A DNA stretch of 58,528 nt, the filler included, from Ionaspis alba (Eukaryota), in the NCBI GenBank assembly GCA_964255285.1. It is 4 parts of 4 records of this genome, joined end to end, with 100 filler letters (N's around TTAATTAATTAA, not from the genome) between each part and the next. Parts side by side here need not be neighbours in the genome. Positions count along the whole stretch, not along the records: positions 44,030 to 58,528 come from CAXUUL010000417.1; 3 more parts are not named here. One strand, written 5' to 3'. The notes below the pieces were generated by a model. The model was given only the letters and a program-made list of their open reading frames with translations. It did no database searches and was not told the DNA's origin. Positions 46,332 through 58,528 of this stretch are shown in pieces (the first letter of the stretch is position 1; each line of letters begins with the position of its first letter). The position numbers were made by a program, and so were the translations under genes.

Positions 46332-48987
46332 ATGGCCCTCCTCACTCGGCGTGCATTGGTCGACTATGAAGCTCAGCGGGGTATACAGAATCCTACAAGT
46401 TATTTGACTTCGCTAAACAGGGATTTAGCTGCCTTCGAGGACTTTTTGACGAGCTTCAAATCATCTGCTTCTGCCTCGGAAGCTTCCGCGACAAGCGCTC
46501 TTCAAGGTCTCAATATTGAGGAGGACGGTTTGAGCGACGAGTATGACTTTATGGATGACGCTGCGGATGGTGATGGCACAAGATCGAACAGAAGAGGCGG
46601 AGAAAGTCGGGATCCGAAGAAGAAATATATGGAGACACTGCAACGAGTAGCAGATCGCAAGGAAACGGAGATCTGTATAGAGTTGGACGATCTAGACATC
46701 GTGAGAGTACTTACCAGAATTGGGCGAGGAGAGAGCTAACAAGATACCAGTACGAAAAATGCTTGGGAGACGATGAGAACCTAAAGCTCGTGGAGTCAAT
46801 TGAAAGGAATGCGAAACACTACATCGATATTCTATCAGAAGCTGTGGATAAGGTCATGCCCAAAGAAACTGAGGAGATCTCGTACGCTCTCCTTCCTTGA
46901 CTTCAGCCATGATGACTGATTTGTTTCAGATTCAAGGACGATGTCCTTGACATCATCATGTCCCAGCGAGAGAGACGAAATGCCACAATGCAAATGGCTG
47001 TAGAGCACGACATTGACCCATCCCTTCCTGAATCGATATTCCCTGCAGAATTGACTAGACGATATACCCTGACTTTCAAACCCATCACACCCTCTGGTTC
47101 CAGTGGTGACCGCAACCAGAAAGCTCTAGCCGTTCGAAATGTCAAAGGAGAGCATCTGGGACATCTCATCACGGTTCGGGGAATTACTACTCGGGTATCG
47201 GATGTGAAGCCAGCAGTACAGGTCAACGCCTACACCTGTGACCGATGTGGTAGCGAGATCTTTCAGCCTGTGACGACGAAGCAGTTCACTCCCATGACCG
47301 AATGTCCCTCGCCCGAATGCAAAAGCAATAACTCCAAAGGCCAACTTGTCTCATCCACGCGAGCGTCCAAGTTTCTGCCTTTCCAGGAGGTCAAGATCCA
47401 GGAAATGTCTGATCAGGTCCCCGTCGGACACATTCCCCGGATTCTTACTGTGCACTGCCATGGAACTTTAACGAGGCAGATCAATCCGGGGGACGTTGTG
47501 GATATCGCCGGCATCTTCCTCCCCACCCCGTACACTGGCTTCAAGGCCATCCGTGCAGGGCTTCTAACGGACACCTATCTTGAGGCACAACACGTCCGCC
47601 AGCATAAGAAAGCCTACGATGATCTTGTTATAGATGCCAGGACATTTAGGCGAATAGAGCAGTACAAAGACTCCGGTCACATGTACGAGTATCTCTCGCG
47701 CTCCATTGCACCAGAGATCTATGGTCATTTGGACGTGAAGAAGGCACTTCTACTCCTTCTCATTGGTGGTGTCACGAAAGAAATGGGAGATGGAATGCGA
47801 ATACGAGGTGATATCAATATCTGTCTTATGGGAGATCCTGGTGTGGCCAAATCGCAACTTCTCAAATACATCACCAAAGTGGCACCAAGAGGGGTTTACA
47901 CAACTGGTCGAGGAAGCAGTGGCGTAGGTCTCACTGCCGCTGTAATGCGAGATCCAGTGACAGACGAAATGGTACTCGAAGGTGGAGCATTGGTTCTAGC
48001 AGATAACGGCATCTGTTGTATCGATGAATTCGACAAAATGGACGACGGAGATCGGACCGCAATTCACGAAGTCATGGAACAACAAACCATTTCGATATCG
48101 AAAGCCGGTATCACCACATCTCTCAATGCTCGAACATCCATTCTTGCAGCAGCAAATCCTCTCTACGGAAGATACAATCCTCACATCTCCCCGGTCGAGA
48201 ACATCAATCTACCAGCCGCACTTCTCTCTCGTTTCGACGTTCTCTTCTTGATGCTTGATCAGCCATCTCGAGATGCTGATGAAGAACTAGCGCAGCATGT
48301 CACCTATGTCCACATGAACAACAAGCATCCCGATACCGAGGGCGTGGTTTTCACACCTCATGAGGTCCGACAATACATCGCCCAAGCTCGCAGCTGGCGG
48401 CCCACAGTCCCAAAAGAAGTATCGGACTACATGGTTGGCGCCTATGTCCGGATGCGACAGCAGCAAAAGCGTGATGAGGGTGGCAAGAAGCATTTCACGC
48501 ACACCTCGCCGCGTACACTGCTCGGGATTTTGCGTCTATCGCAGGCACTTGCTCGGCTACGTTTCTCGTCTCAAGTTGTAACGGACGATGTAGATGAGGC
48601 ATTGAGACTGGTTGAAGTCAGCAAAGCGAGCTTATACAATGAAAGCAGGAGTGGGGGCGACCAGAGCCCGAGCTCGAAGATCTACAATTTGATTCGGGCG
48701 ATGAAAGATAGTGGTGCTGCGGCTGTTGGGGATGGGAGCAGAGGCGAGCTAAGTATCAGGAAAGTTAGGGAGAGGATTATTGCCAAGGGCTTTACGGAGG
48801 ATCAGTTCAGCCAGGCGTTGGATGAGTATGCTCTGTTGGATGTGAGTGTCGTGACCCTAAAGCTCGATAGAATCGATGCTGACTCGTGCTGTTCTAGGTC
48901 TGGCAAACGGCTGCCGAAGGCACTCGACTTGTTTTCATTGAGGCGGGCGATGATATGGATATGGATGATGAGGATGACATGTTCTGA
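46332..48987 (+). CDS. MCM7: DNA replication licensing factor Mcm7
   Basis: Zn finger [60 protein letters not shown]; introns ~46381-46428, 46701-46750, 46882-46930, 48842-48897. Confidence 0.98.
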
Positions 48988-50399
48988 GTTCCTCCATTCA
49001 ACAGAGTTAGTATAGAGTCCTTCAAGGCATGATAAAGCCTGGTGGAAGATATCCGCTGCGTTTGATTCGCATTTGATAGGGAACGAGGCGTAATCACAGA
49101 AAGATTTGTTGCAAATTTCCGCATGTCAACCGACCTCACACTCACCGAGTTAGAACGAGAGACATGCTTCATTACAGTGCAGACGTGACTACCTTCCACC
49201 ACCGGATCGTTACCACTTTTATCATATCGTAGCAATGAAACCAAACTCGGTGATCATGTTCACAGGTGGTCTATTTACGTGTTGTAAACATCAATTGCTT
49301 TCTAAGTCATCAAAGTCATTCCACGGCTCTAGTCTTTTAGGCGTCTTCTTAACTCGCGTTCCGCACATCGCGTTGCGTTTTTTACTGCAATTCGGCTGTT
49401 CCGACGCCGTTAAGATATTGCCCGCAGAGGAAAGCTCTGTTGCGCGCAATCGGCTCGTTAAATACTGGGACATTTTTCTGCTTCTTCAACACGGTCGTCG
49501 CAGATGAATATCCCTAGCGGATTGGAAATGGCCAAATCACGAATTTTTAGACGATGATGAATCCCCAGTCAGATAGACCACCACCTAAGCACGTAGCCAT
49601 TGCGGGATTGATAACGGAAGCGGGGAAAGAGGGAATAAACGTGAGGGAAAGGGATTTGTTGCAGCCGAGGCAGCAAGCAGAAAAGCACAGCGAAGGGCAG
49701 AGATTGGGACGGAGGCGAGAAGACGGAGGCTAGCGAGAAAGTAGAGGGTAAGAGATAGGGATGCATTGCAGGAGTCCCTCGAGCCTTTTAGTTATCGGGA
49801 TCTTATACTTCAGAGTATGGACGATTGTTCATGCTGTGAATCCGTTCTGTGAGGCTCGAAATAGGATGCCGGTGCATTAAGACTGCGACAGCAGAACTAA
49901 ACAACGAGTACAGTTATTCTGCACAAGAAATGCTGTGCTGAGACATGGTCTAGGACGAGGGCTCTAAAAGTTGCTTGGGATGGTGTGATGCGGCCATGCC
50001 ACGGCATATACAGACGCAAAGAATGCACAGACTAGTGATTTGGTGCTTATCAAGGGAAGACTCATAACGTATCGACGAGCAACGCAGGGACGCAGCAGTA
50101 CCGCGAACTCAATTAAGGACCTGAGTTCACAGAATCAGATCAGTGACATTATCAACGACTACGAAGCAAATTATTTCAGATGATGGTCAACAATCCTCCA
50201 AGCTTCCCAACGCCTGGGCTTCTCCTGAATATCATACATAGAATCGAGTCGGATATTAGCCGAATCCACACAGCGTATAATGGGGATGCTACCAAATGCT
50301 GAGATCGGAAGGTTATGTATGGGCAACCATACGTTATTTGAAAGTGACCGAAAAAGACCAATTAGCCGAGAATTATGGCAGGCACCGAAAATAATACAC

Positions 50400-53300
50400 T
50401 CAAGAGTTGAGCTGACCCTGTACTAGAAGTCAAATCAGTGTCGGCAACATCAATCTCAAAAGGAGCACTTACGCCTCATCAGCCCACGTAACTTCTTCGC
50501 AGCCTTGCCGGTACTTTGACTCGATTTGATCCATTCCGTCTCTCCCGCTTGTCCATCGGTTTCTTCACCCTCCTCGCTACTGCTCTCGTCCTCCTCCGAA
50601 GAGTCATTCCCGTCTGCAGCATTAGATAACGCTTTTGAAGCTGGCGTCACTGGGCTCTTCAGTGGCATCTTGTAGCCCGGGAGCTTCTTGGTCGTTTGGC
50701 CGTTTGCCGTTGTATTCGCGGCGAGAGTCGTTATACCTTGGAAACGGGAATTGGTCAAAGGTCGAGTGGCGGTGGCTGTCGAAGGGGTTTTCGGGCCACC
50801 GTTCGTGAGCTTGGGCGTGGAATGAGCTAGGTCCATTTTCTTTGGGGTAGATTGCGCTCCGGACGAGAGCCAATTTTCACGCTGAATTTGGCGTGCTGCT
50901 TCGTCTTCGATATTTTCTATTTGAGTTCTGAGTGAGTTGCGAGAGCTTTGGGAGGCAGTAGAACTTCCTGGGCTCTTTGAAGGAGTGCGGGTGTCACCAG
51001 TGTCAACTCTTTTCGTCGCTGTCTGCTTAGGAAGTGGTACTTCATCTTCCTCGGTCTCAGACTCAGACTCAGANNNNNNNNNNNNNNNNNNNNNNNNNNN
51101 NNNNNNNNNNNNNNNNNNNNNNNNNNNNNNNNNNNNNNNNNNNNNNNNNNNNNNNNNNNNNNNNNNNNNNNNNCTGTCTGCTTAGGAAGTGGTACTTCAT
51201 CTTCCTCGGTCTCAGACTCAGACTCAGACTCAGACTCAGAATCGGAGTTTGTGGCCTTGGAGCCGGACTTCCCAACGCTCGGAGTATCATCAACAGTTTG
51301 GGAAATGGTAATCTTCTTGATATCACTGCTATTCGAGAGATCTGACTTTGAGCCAGAAGGAGACTGTTTCTTTGAGCCAGACTCGGATTCAAGATCGGAT
51401 GAGGTTTCCGTCTCGGAAGCAGAGCTTGGTGAACTAGAGGAGAACACCTCTCTTGCAGGCGAGCGTGACTGCGATTTGCTATCCTTTACTGCTTCAGGTG
51501 AAGCTTCTTTGTTTCGATCTTTCAGTGTTGGGCTCTCGTCGAGAGCAGTTTCTTCTGCTGCAGGCTCAACGGCATCGGTCGATGTCTCCGCTGTGGTTTC
51601 ACCTCTCACCTTCTCGGTCGGACTTTCCTTCTGTGCCTCAGTTGGTGCTGGGATTTCAGATGCCCGGGATGCAGCCCGTTGCTCAGAAGTCTTCTCGACT
51701 CTCTTGGCGCCGGATACTCGTGAATCCTTTGAGGATTTTCTCACAGTTGATGTCACACCGAGTGAGGGCTCTGGCATTGATGGCTGAGAGCTACTTGCAT
51801 CAGCTACTGTAGAAGATCTCTTTGACTTCGACGTCGAACGACTTCTCGATGGCCCTGCTTTGCTACTAGGAAGTACTGGCACTTGCTCTGACTCAGGAGA
51901 CGACTCATCTGATTTCGAAGAATTGACAGCCTCTTTGGCACCCGTAGCTTTCCGAGGCGACGGAGGATCCCGGACAACCTGTTTACCCTTGTCTCGGATA
52001 ACGTTGAGCGTCGTTTGTATCTTTGGCCCCAGACCATTTTTAATTGCGTCTTCGAGGACTTTCCGTCGCCATGATCTGGGTGATAACACCGGCTCAGGCC
52101 TATCTACGGCTCGAGTCTCGTCGAGGCCATGCTTTGGCGTAGAGTAGAGGTTTGGGGTAACAGTCTTTACGCTGATCTGGTCCTTATGCTCCTCTGCCGG
52201 AGTTTGCTTTCGCGGGAGTGGGTCATCTAATGGTTTGATAGGATTCTTTGCGAAAGAGACATGGCGTTCCAAGGAAGGAGATGATCGAAAGGCCGTTGGC
52301 GGACCCATCATTTTACTGTCGATATTTCCGTGTCGCGAAGGGGTTTCTCGTGACGATAGCGAACTCGACCTCAAATTGGGGCTAGGTTTCTTCATTGCTG
52401 ATCGAGGTTCTGGAACAAAGGGTGTGAGCGATTTGCGGGCCCCTGTCGAGGGCTTAGAGGTGCTTAAGGAGACACTACTTGGCGGGCGATCCACACCTTG
52501 CTGTTCTTGCAATTTAGCTTCGGTTTTGATTTGTTGTTCGCTTTTGGTGGGATTGATCTCGGGCTTTGCCTTGAGCCTAGCTTGCTTTCTCTTCTTGCCA
52601 CCTTGTTCTGCTGGCAGCTTCTCTACATCGCTCTTCTTGGCAGCTGCTTTCGGGGAAGCAACCTTCTTTGCTGTTTTATTTTCAAGCTCAGAGTCGTCCT
52701 CGGTGGAACTATCAAGCTCGAGCTGTTCATGGGTACGACGAAGATGACTCCCCGAAACATCTGCAGCTTCAAAGCTGGCGTCTTTGCTATGATTACAAGA
52801 GGATTGTGAAGCCAGGTCGATGGCAGGAGATTTGCGGCCTTGAGCTCCAGTTGGGCGTGGTGGAGCAGCGCATAACCGCTCTCGATGTGACCCTGCTCCG
52901 ACTGAGGAAGGACTTTTTGTGCTCTGGTCGACTGGCGATTCCGCTCTTGAATCGTGATGCAGAACACTTTCAAGTTCACTTTTGGCAATTGGTTGCACCT
53001 TTGGATTGCCGGCTCTCTCATCCGAAAGCCCTACTCGTCCCTGGTCACTGGTGGAGGTCGTCGGATGTCGGACGTTAGGTCCTTGGGTTGTTTTTTTCGC
53101 GCTTAGTGATGTGATTTCCGAATTTTCTTTCGCAGCGTAGTGGCCCACCGATGTTACGGGGAGTAGTACCGGCTCCGCGACTCGCGCTGGGGATTCGAAT
53201 GACCTTTGGCCAGAAACAAGTACTGAATGATTGCTCTGGTCCGTGATATCATTGATCTGGTGGAAAGGTCGTGGCAGCGAAGGCGATTTCCGTACTGGGG

Positions 53301-54634
53301 AATGCTGAAGTTTGGCTTTCTTAGCTACACGCAACTGCGAAAGCTCTTGAGAACCGCCTATATCTGATTCGATCACATCATAAGGATCTCGATCCTGACC
53401 GTGTATTGATGACCCTTTGTACTTCTTGTGGCCGGGAGTGGATCTCTCGGCCTGGCCCATAGGTCGCTGTAGTCTACCATCTGATGATTTAGACTTCCCA
53501 AGTGATTGATTATGGAGGGGACCAGACAACTTTGTGGATTTTGCGCTGTGGATCGGTGTACATGGCTTTTGCTGGCAGTCCATAGCAGCGGGTATCGCAT
53601 TCTCCCTAGAATTTCCAGATACATTCTCGACACCGGGTAGTTTAGAACCACGTGGAGTACCTGGGTTCGAGGCTGGTACGCTGTATACGAGGTTCTCTAC
53701 CTCTGAAGACTCAGATTTTGGTTCCTCGTTGCCGACCGTTTGGTCCACGACCATGTTATCGAAAGGTATCGCGACCCTACAGGGTTGTGAGTTTGGTATG
53801 ATGAATCTGTATGATTCATGGTGACCCGCGATAGAATGAGAATTAGAACAGGGAAAAGAGACTGGTGTGCCATACACATTTTGCACTAACGACTTTGTTT
53901 AGCTATAGAGACCAAGTAGGGCAGCGTAGCACTTACTGTTCTTTCTTGGAGATTTTTGCGAGTCTGCAATGACATAGGACGATGGCGGTTGAGGGACGAT
54001 CGATGATTGAGCGACCTCCTCCACACTCGTTTCCAGCTCTCGCGATTGTATGGGCCTGTCTGGGTCAACCTCGCCCTGTGTGTCCCCACCACGATCGATC
54101 CTCTGCCGCTTGATTACTGGGCTATTGATCCCATTCTCTATATCATAGCCATAGCTTTTGGTTATTGCTGACCCGAGTAAGCTAGGATGCGAGCGTTTTT
54201 TAGGTCTTGCAGAAGAATCCGGAGCAAGCGAGGCATATCGGGTCTGACCAGGGTATTCGTGGGCCTGAGGAGGGAAACGAGCCACTCGTACAATCTCCCC
54301 GTCGGTGAAGCATTGATCGACAAACCACTCGTCGAGTAGCGGAATCACGGTGCCGTCCACTGCTTCAAGGTGCTTTATTTCAAGCTTGCTGTATTGATAA
54401 GAGTAGTCAGCCAATCAATGTCTAGCGCTTGACATCTGATATCATAACGACCCACCCTTTTTCGGGATGGACACTCCCAAATACTCTGACTATCTCCTCC
54501 GGAAGCTCGGTCAACAGAAACCTGGGCGGATAATGAAGCCTGAACGGCCTGATTGTCTCGTCAACCACTTTTGAATTTCGCCAATCGAGCACTTGAACAT
54601 GTAAGCGAAGAAGCTGAGCTCGAGGTGGCTCCAT
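50400..54634 (-). CDS. Large low-complexity protein with N-terminal ubiquitin-like fold, Dnt1/Net1-like nucleolar protein
   Basis: N-terminus LRLHVQV...VHPEKG|KLEIKHLE...VDQCFTDGEIVRV resembles the Dnt1/Net1 N-terminal domain; then >1000 aa rich in S/K/E/P; frame continuous once the duplicated gap flank is merged; 3' exon approximate. Confidence 0.55.
51212..51240 (+). repeat. (TCAGAC)n hexamer microsatellite encoding Ser-Glu repeats
   Basis: Read directly; the same repeat abuts the gap at 51057-51073. Confidence 0.8.
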
Positions 54635-54945
54635 GGTGCCGCGCAATTCATGTTGCCATGGTCTTGAGTGCTGAGCTACGAAATCTTCTCGAGTCGCGTC
54701 GACGTTCATTGACGACAATCGGGTTGATGCCAAGACAATTAAATTACGCGAGCTACGTAGAACCACGCGACTTTCGCGCTACAACATTAAGCTTATCGGA
54801 ACGTCTAGGGTTTCTGTCTAAGACTGCCCTTGAAGAGCAAGACTGCTCAGCACAAAAGGTATGATAGTGTGGTGCGGCCAGGTATCTCCAACAAAAGCAG
54901 CATGGAATTTTGCTCCAATATCGCATGAGCTTGGGCGAGCGACCC

Positions 54946-57650
54946 GTTAGCCGAAAAATTCTCCTTGCACTAATGTCTCCCAAGGTCTGCCGGTCTCCCA
55001 GACTTGTTCCATGAGTCTCCTGGCCTTGTGCACCTAATTCCTATCAATCGATGCACAATCTACAAGTGACAAGCACACTAGATTCACGTACCTGTGCCAT
55101 ACCACTTTTCTCCACAGACATTATTCGTTCCATAATTTTCTCCCGTTGAAAGTGGTCCTTAGCATCACACCCAGCAGTGAACATGGGAAAGAGCATACAG
55201 GCCTCTGCAGTGCCTCCTTTCCGTACTTTGAACAGAGCACCCACGATTTCTCGTACCGCTCCCTGTACCTCTGGATCCACAGACTGTTTTCCGAGTACTC
55301 GGCGATTCAGGTGCACGAGGCCAGCCCAGTGAAAAGCCTCATTTGTTGCACTGACTTCTAAAGAGTCCCACCCATCTTCGATCTCGGATGAGGCATGCCG
55401 GTGCGGACATCCTTTGTAGCGATGGGCCTGTGCAGCTTGAAGATCGGCTCGCAACTTTTCCGCGGCCAGTATGACCTGGGCTGACGGAACCCAATCTTCA
55501 CTGATGCTCCCAGAAGGGTCAATGCGCTCGCTATCGCATCGTCGTGCCAGCTCACCGATTCTAGCAAGAATACTGACACAACGACTTGTGAATCCGAGTA
55601 CACAATCAATCTGGAAGTCATTCTCTTCGACAAAATCTTCACCTTGTGACCAGAAATCGTCATTGGAAATCGGATGGTTATAGTTGCCTCCGCTCAAGCT
55701 ACCAAGGACGTCAAGGTAAGCAAACCAGCGACTTAGGAAATAGGACACTTTGTCTTCACGACTCAACGATCGAGGGCCACCTCGAACGACGATCATTCTT
55801 CGCGCGATGTTGAGGTGATCCTGCCAGGGTACGGGGACCTCAAAGGTGTTTGGAGAGATTATTTCGAGAGACGCTAGCATAATTGCAGTGGCGAGATTTG
55901 CATTCGAAATTTGTCGGCTGTTATCGTCGAGGGCATGTCGGAGGGTTGGAAATACGTCACGGACCCATGCTGCAATCCGATTGGCAGGCTCTGGATGCTT
56001 TAGGAGACGAGCACGATGACCGGCAGAGTATGCTAATAGTAAATGCATAAGATTGATGTCTCTCACCGCCACTATTGGAGATCAGCACCGGAATTGAAAT
56101 GAGCGCTGGCTAAGATCATACTCTGGGGAAGAATGTTCCGGAAAGGATTTTCGGAGCAATCGTGTGGAACTAGTATTCTAGCTGTGTGATTCAAAAAATG
56201 ATGGAAGTACATCAAGTTCATTGGGTTTTCCAGTAGAATTGGCGGTAGTGGATCAAGACTTGACGGTATAGTGACTGGAACGGGCTTTCCATAGTACCCT
56301 TCACTTGTATCACCGTTGTTGTTCCCAAAAAGGCCGAAACCAAATTCGACGAATTCGTCACTGTCAGGAACTTCCCTGTTGTCTGCGAAGGCGCTTTTCC
56401 GAAAGTCAGGGCTTTTGAGACTCAACACGCTGTCATCGACATTTCTCGGCACGTCTAGATCGGGAAGACCTCTGTCTATGCCATAAAATCTTTCAGCAGT
56501 AGGGATGAGGTCCGCGTTCATGGGAATGCTTTTGGCTGCTGAGCCAGTGATGGCTTCAGATGCATCGACTTCGCCTTTGGTAGGACTCGAGAGTAGAGAG
56601 CTGATTGAAAGTCGTCGTGCATCATTGGAGCTTTGAGTAATGGAAGGGGAAGGCCTGGTTGACGTTCGTAGGCAGGTGTCCTCTGATGTGACTGAGGAGG
56701 TCGAAGGGGTCGGAGGTGGATCACGACCTTGATTCGCTGGGCTGCCGAGCAGAGGGCTTGCGAAGTAAGATGGCTTCCGTAGATTGGGAGGCCCCATGTA
56801 CGGTCCTGGCTCATCTCGGGTGCTTGAGGTAGTGAAAGAAGGAGGCTGAAGCTCAGAAACACTACTGAGCCGTAGTCTTTTGTCGCGGTGGCCGGATAGT
56901 GTATTACTCATAATCGATAGCTGGTCGAGAGCATGTTGACGAGTTTGTGCAGGAACGCTATAGTGTATGGGGGGCAGCATCTGTGAAGAATGATAAGCAG
57001 TAAGCCTAGGAGAGTATCGTCCACTGTATGCTTGGTTCAAATCTTGAGCGACAGTGGTACTGGGTAGTCCAATCGCTCGAGACAAAGAATCTATCTCTGG
57101 TTGGTCCCTGGTAGACCATCGATTCCTCCCTGGTATCTGCGAATTGAAGTTCGAAGAAGAAGTTGCAGGTTGGCTAGAATATGAAGAGACATTCTTCAAT
57201 GCAGCGGTCTCCTGTAAGCTACTGTCTCTTGGAGCGTAAGTCCGCTTTTCAGTATATGCTACTGGAACATCATGAAGCACAGCATTTGGCTGCGGCTCTT
57301 GAGAGGAAGCCTGACGATCCGGAGCAATGGCAGCAATTGCTTGCGGAGAGGTAGCGGTACTCGAGAACTGAAAAACTCCATTCTTAGACTCTGTCAGATT
57401 CTCACTACTTCTCAGTTTTGATCGTCCTTCCCAATTCAAACGAATGCTGTAGTCACAGGCCTCTCCTTGTCGTTGACAGTTGAGACAACTCGGCTTCTCC
57501 TCTCCGCATTTAACCTTTTTGTTTTTGCACGGCCTTACATCTCTTCAATCAGCCACTTACCGTAGAAGCGTGGTGCACATGATCTTACCAGCATCCTGCA
57601 CGGCTTCTCTTCTTAGGCTCTGGTGCCCCTGGCTTCTTTGGTCTGGGCAT
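54946..57650 (-). CDS. Zn(II)2Cys6 transcription factor with C-terminal fungal-specific domain
   Basis: KKRSRAGCW|PCKNKKVKCGEEKPSCLNCQRQGEACDYSIRLNW across intron ~57534-57588; YFHHFLNHTARILVPHDC..NPF; RWFAYLDVLGSLS; LFPMFTAGC. Confidence 0.92.
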
Positions 57651-58099
57651 CCCGATCCTTATAGTGTCATGACCATGTTGGTTGCATATTCGAAAGACGG
57701 TCTGATTGCGAACGTTACGTAGCAGCGATCAATTCCAAGCCAGCAAGCAAGCCCAAATTAGTCTAGACTACACTTAAGATTTGTTAACCCTAAATTTGGG
57801 CCGTCCATAGTTTCTAGTCTTTACTAGACTAGCATGAGACAGCGTCATGGTAAACAAACCGCTGCTGCAGAAGATCACAATGGGTCGCAACAGTTCGGCT
57901 GTGATAAGATATCGGGTATCAGCCGATTTTAGCTCGTTTTTGGTCAGCCCTAGCATAGCTGCTATCAATATCTTGTTTCTTTTAATTATTATGTACGAGG
58001 ACGAGCTCACTTCTCCTCAGAGTTTCACGTAATATAATGATTAAGTTTGATCTACCGTCTATGTGTCTTCGATCTATCTCCAGCTCCCAAGACCCTTTT

Positions 58100-58528
58100 T
58101 CTCCACCTCCATCCGACTTCTGCTTCAACCCTCGCATCCAAGTCGTGCCCCTTCGCGGGAAAATTATTGTCAATTATCCAGCTCCTTCCATCTGATCCGA
58201 AGCTCTTCTCTTGATGTCGAGGTATTCCGAGCGTTCCTCGTCGTGTTCCCCTATTGGAACGACAATTCCGACATACTTGCACAGAATCGCGTTGAGAATC
58301 AGCCGACACATACGCCCATTTCCATCCTGGAACGAGTGGATCTGCACAGAGTGGAGACAGTACTTTGCGGCGAGTGCAAGCGGATCCAGACACACAGCCT
58401 CCTCGCCTTGCCGAATCTCATGGTTGAGTTGTTCAATGAAGCTAGCCATTCCGTTGGGCACAAACTTCGGACTCGTGAACATGGTATTGCCAGCGCAGAC
58501 AGGGACATTTTCGGTATCGGCCGGCGTA
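58100..58528 (-). pseudogene. Fic/DOC-domain gene, apparently decayed; 5' part outside window
   Basis: IHSFQDGNGRMCRL (Fic motif with P>S); one extra A at ~58508-58511 puts YAGRYR out of frame with NVPVCAGNTMF; TAA 58174-58176 is followed by in-frame coding-like sequence. Confidence 0.7.

Noticed and set aside
57785..57793. TAACCCTAA, matching the Pezizomycotina telomerase RNA template
   Set aside because: A single 9-mer is likely by chance in 58 kb. No pseudoknot region was recognised, and a ~2-kb RNA would overlap flanking genes.
57813..57831. Hairpin CTAGTCT-TTACT-AGACTAG resembling U5 loop 1
   Set aside because: The loop lacks the invariant GCCTTTTAC and no Sm site was seen.

Overview
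Fungal genomic DNA from a filamentous ascomycete (Pezizomycotina), judged from short GT-AG introns with CTRAC-type branch sites and the gene families present. The window is not one locus. It holds four ~14.5-kb pieces (1-14599, 14700-29266, 29367-43929, 44030-58528) joined by N-TTAATTAATTAA-N spacers, plus seven plain 100-N gaps. Most genes are conserved housekeeping genes: MED1, an OCH1-like GT32, LRO1, an NsdC-like C2H2 factor, a PB1/UBA protein, an F-box/LRR protein, NDUFAF6, RAD5, GTPBP1, LSM3, AEP2, GPI12, CYT1, MCM7, a Dnt1/Net1-like protein and a Zn2Cys6 factor. The standout is 14.7-20.9 kb: a head-to-tail array of five highly diverged, unrecognised small helical-protein genes. They share a 51-57 nt intron at an equivalent position, a [W/F]-x4-R-x5-Y motif before it (three copies), an upstream TCAACAC(C)A motif and remnant DNA repeats about 1.25-1.33 kb apart. 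Two copies look pseudogenised. A decayed Fic-domain gene lies at the right end. Family assignments come from motif recognition by eye, not database searches, and exon boundaries are manual predictions.
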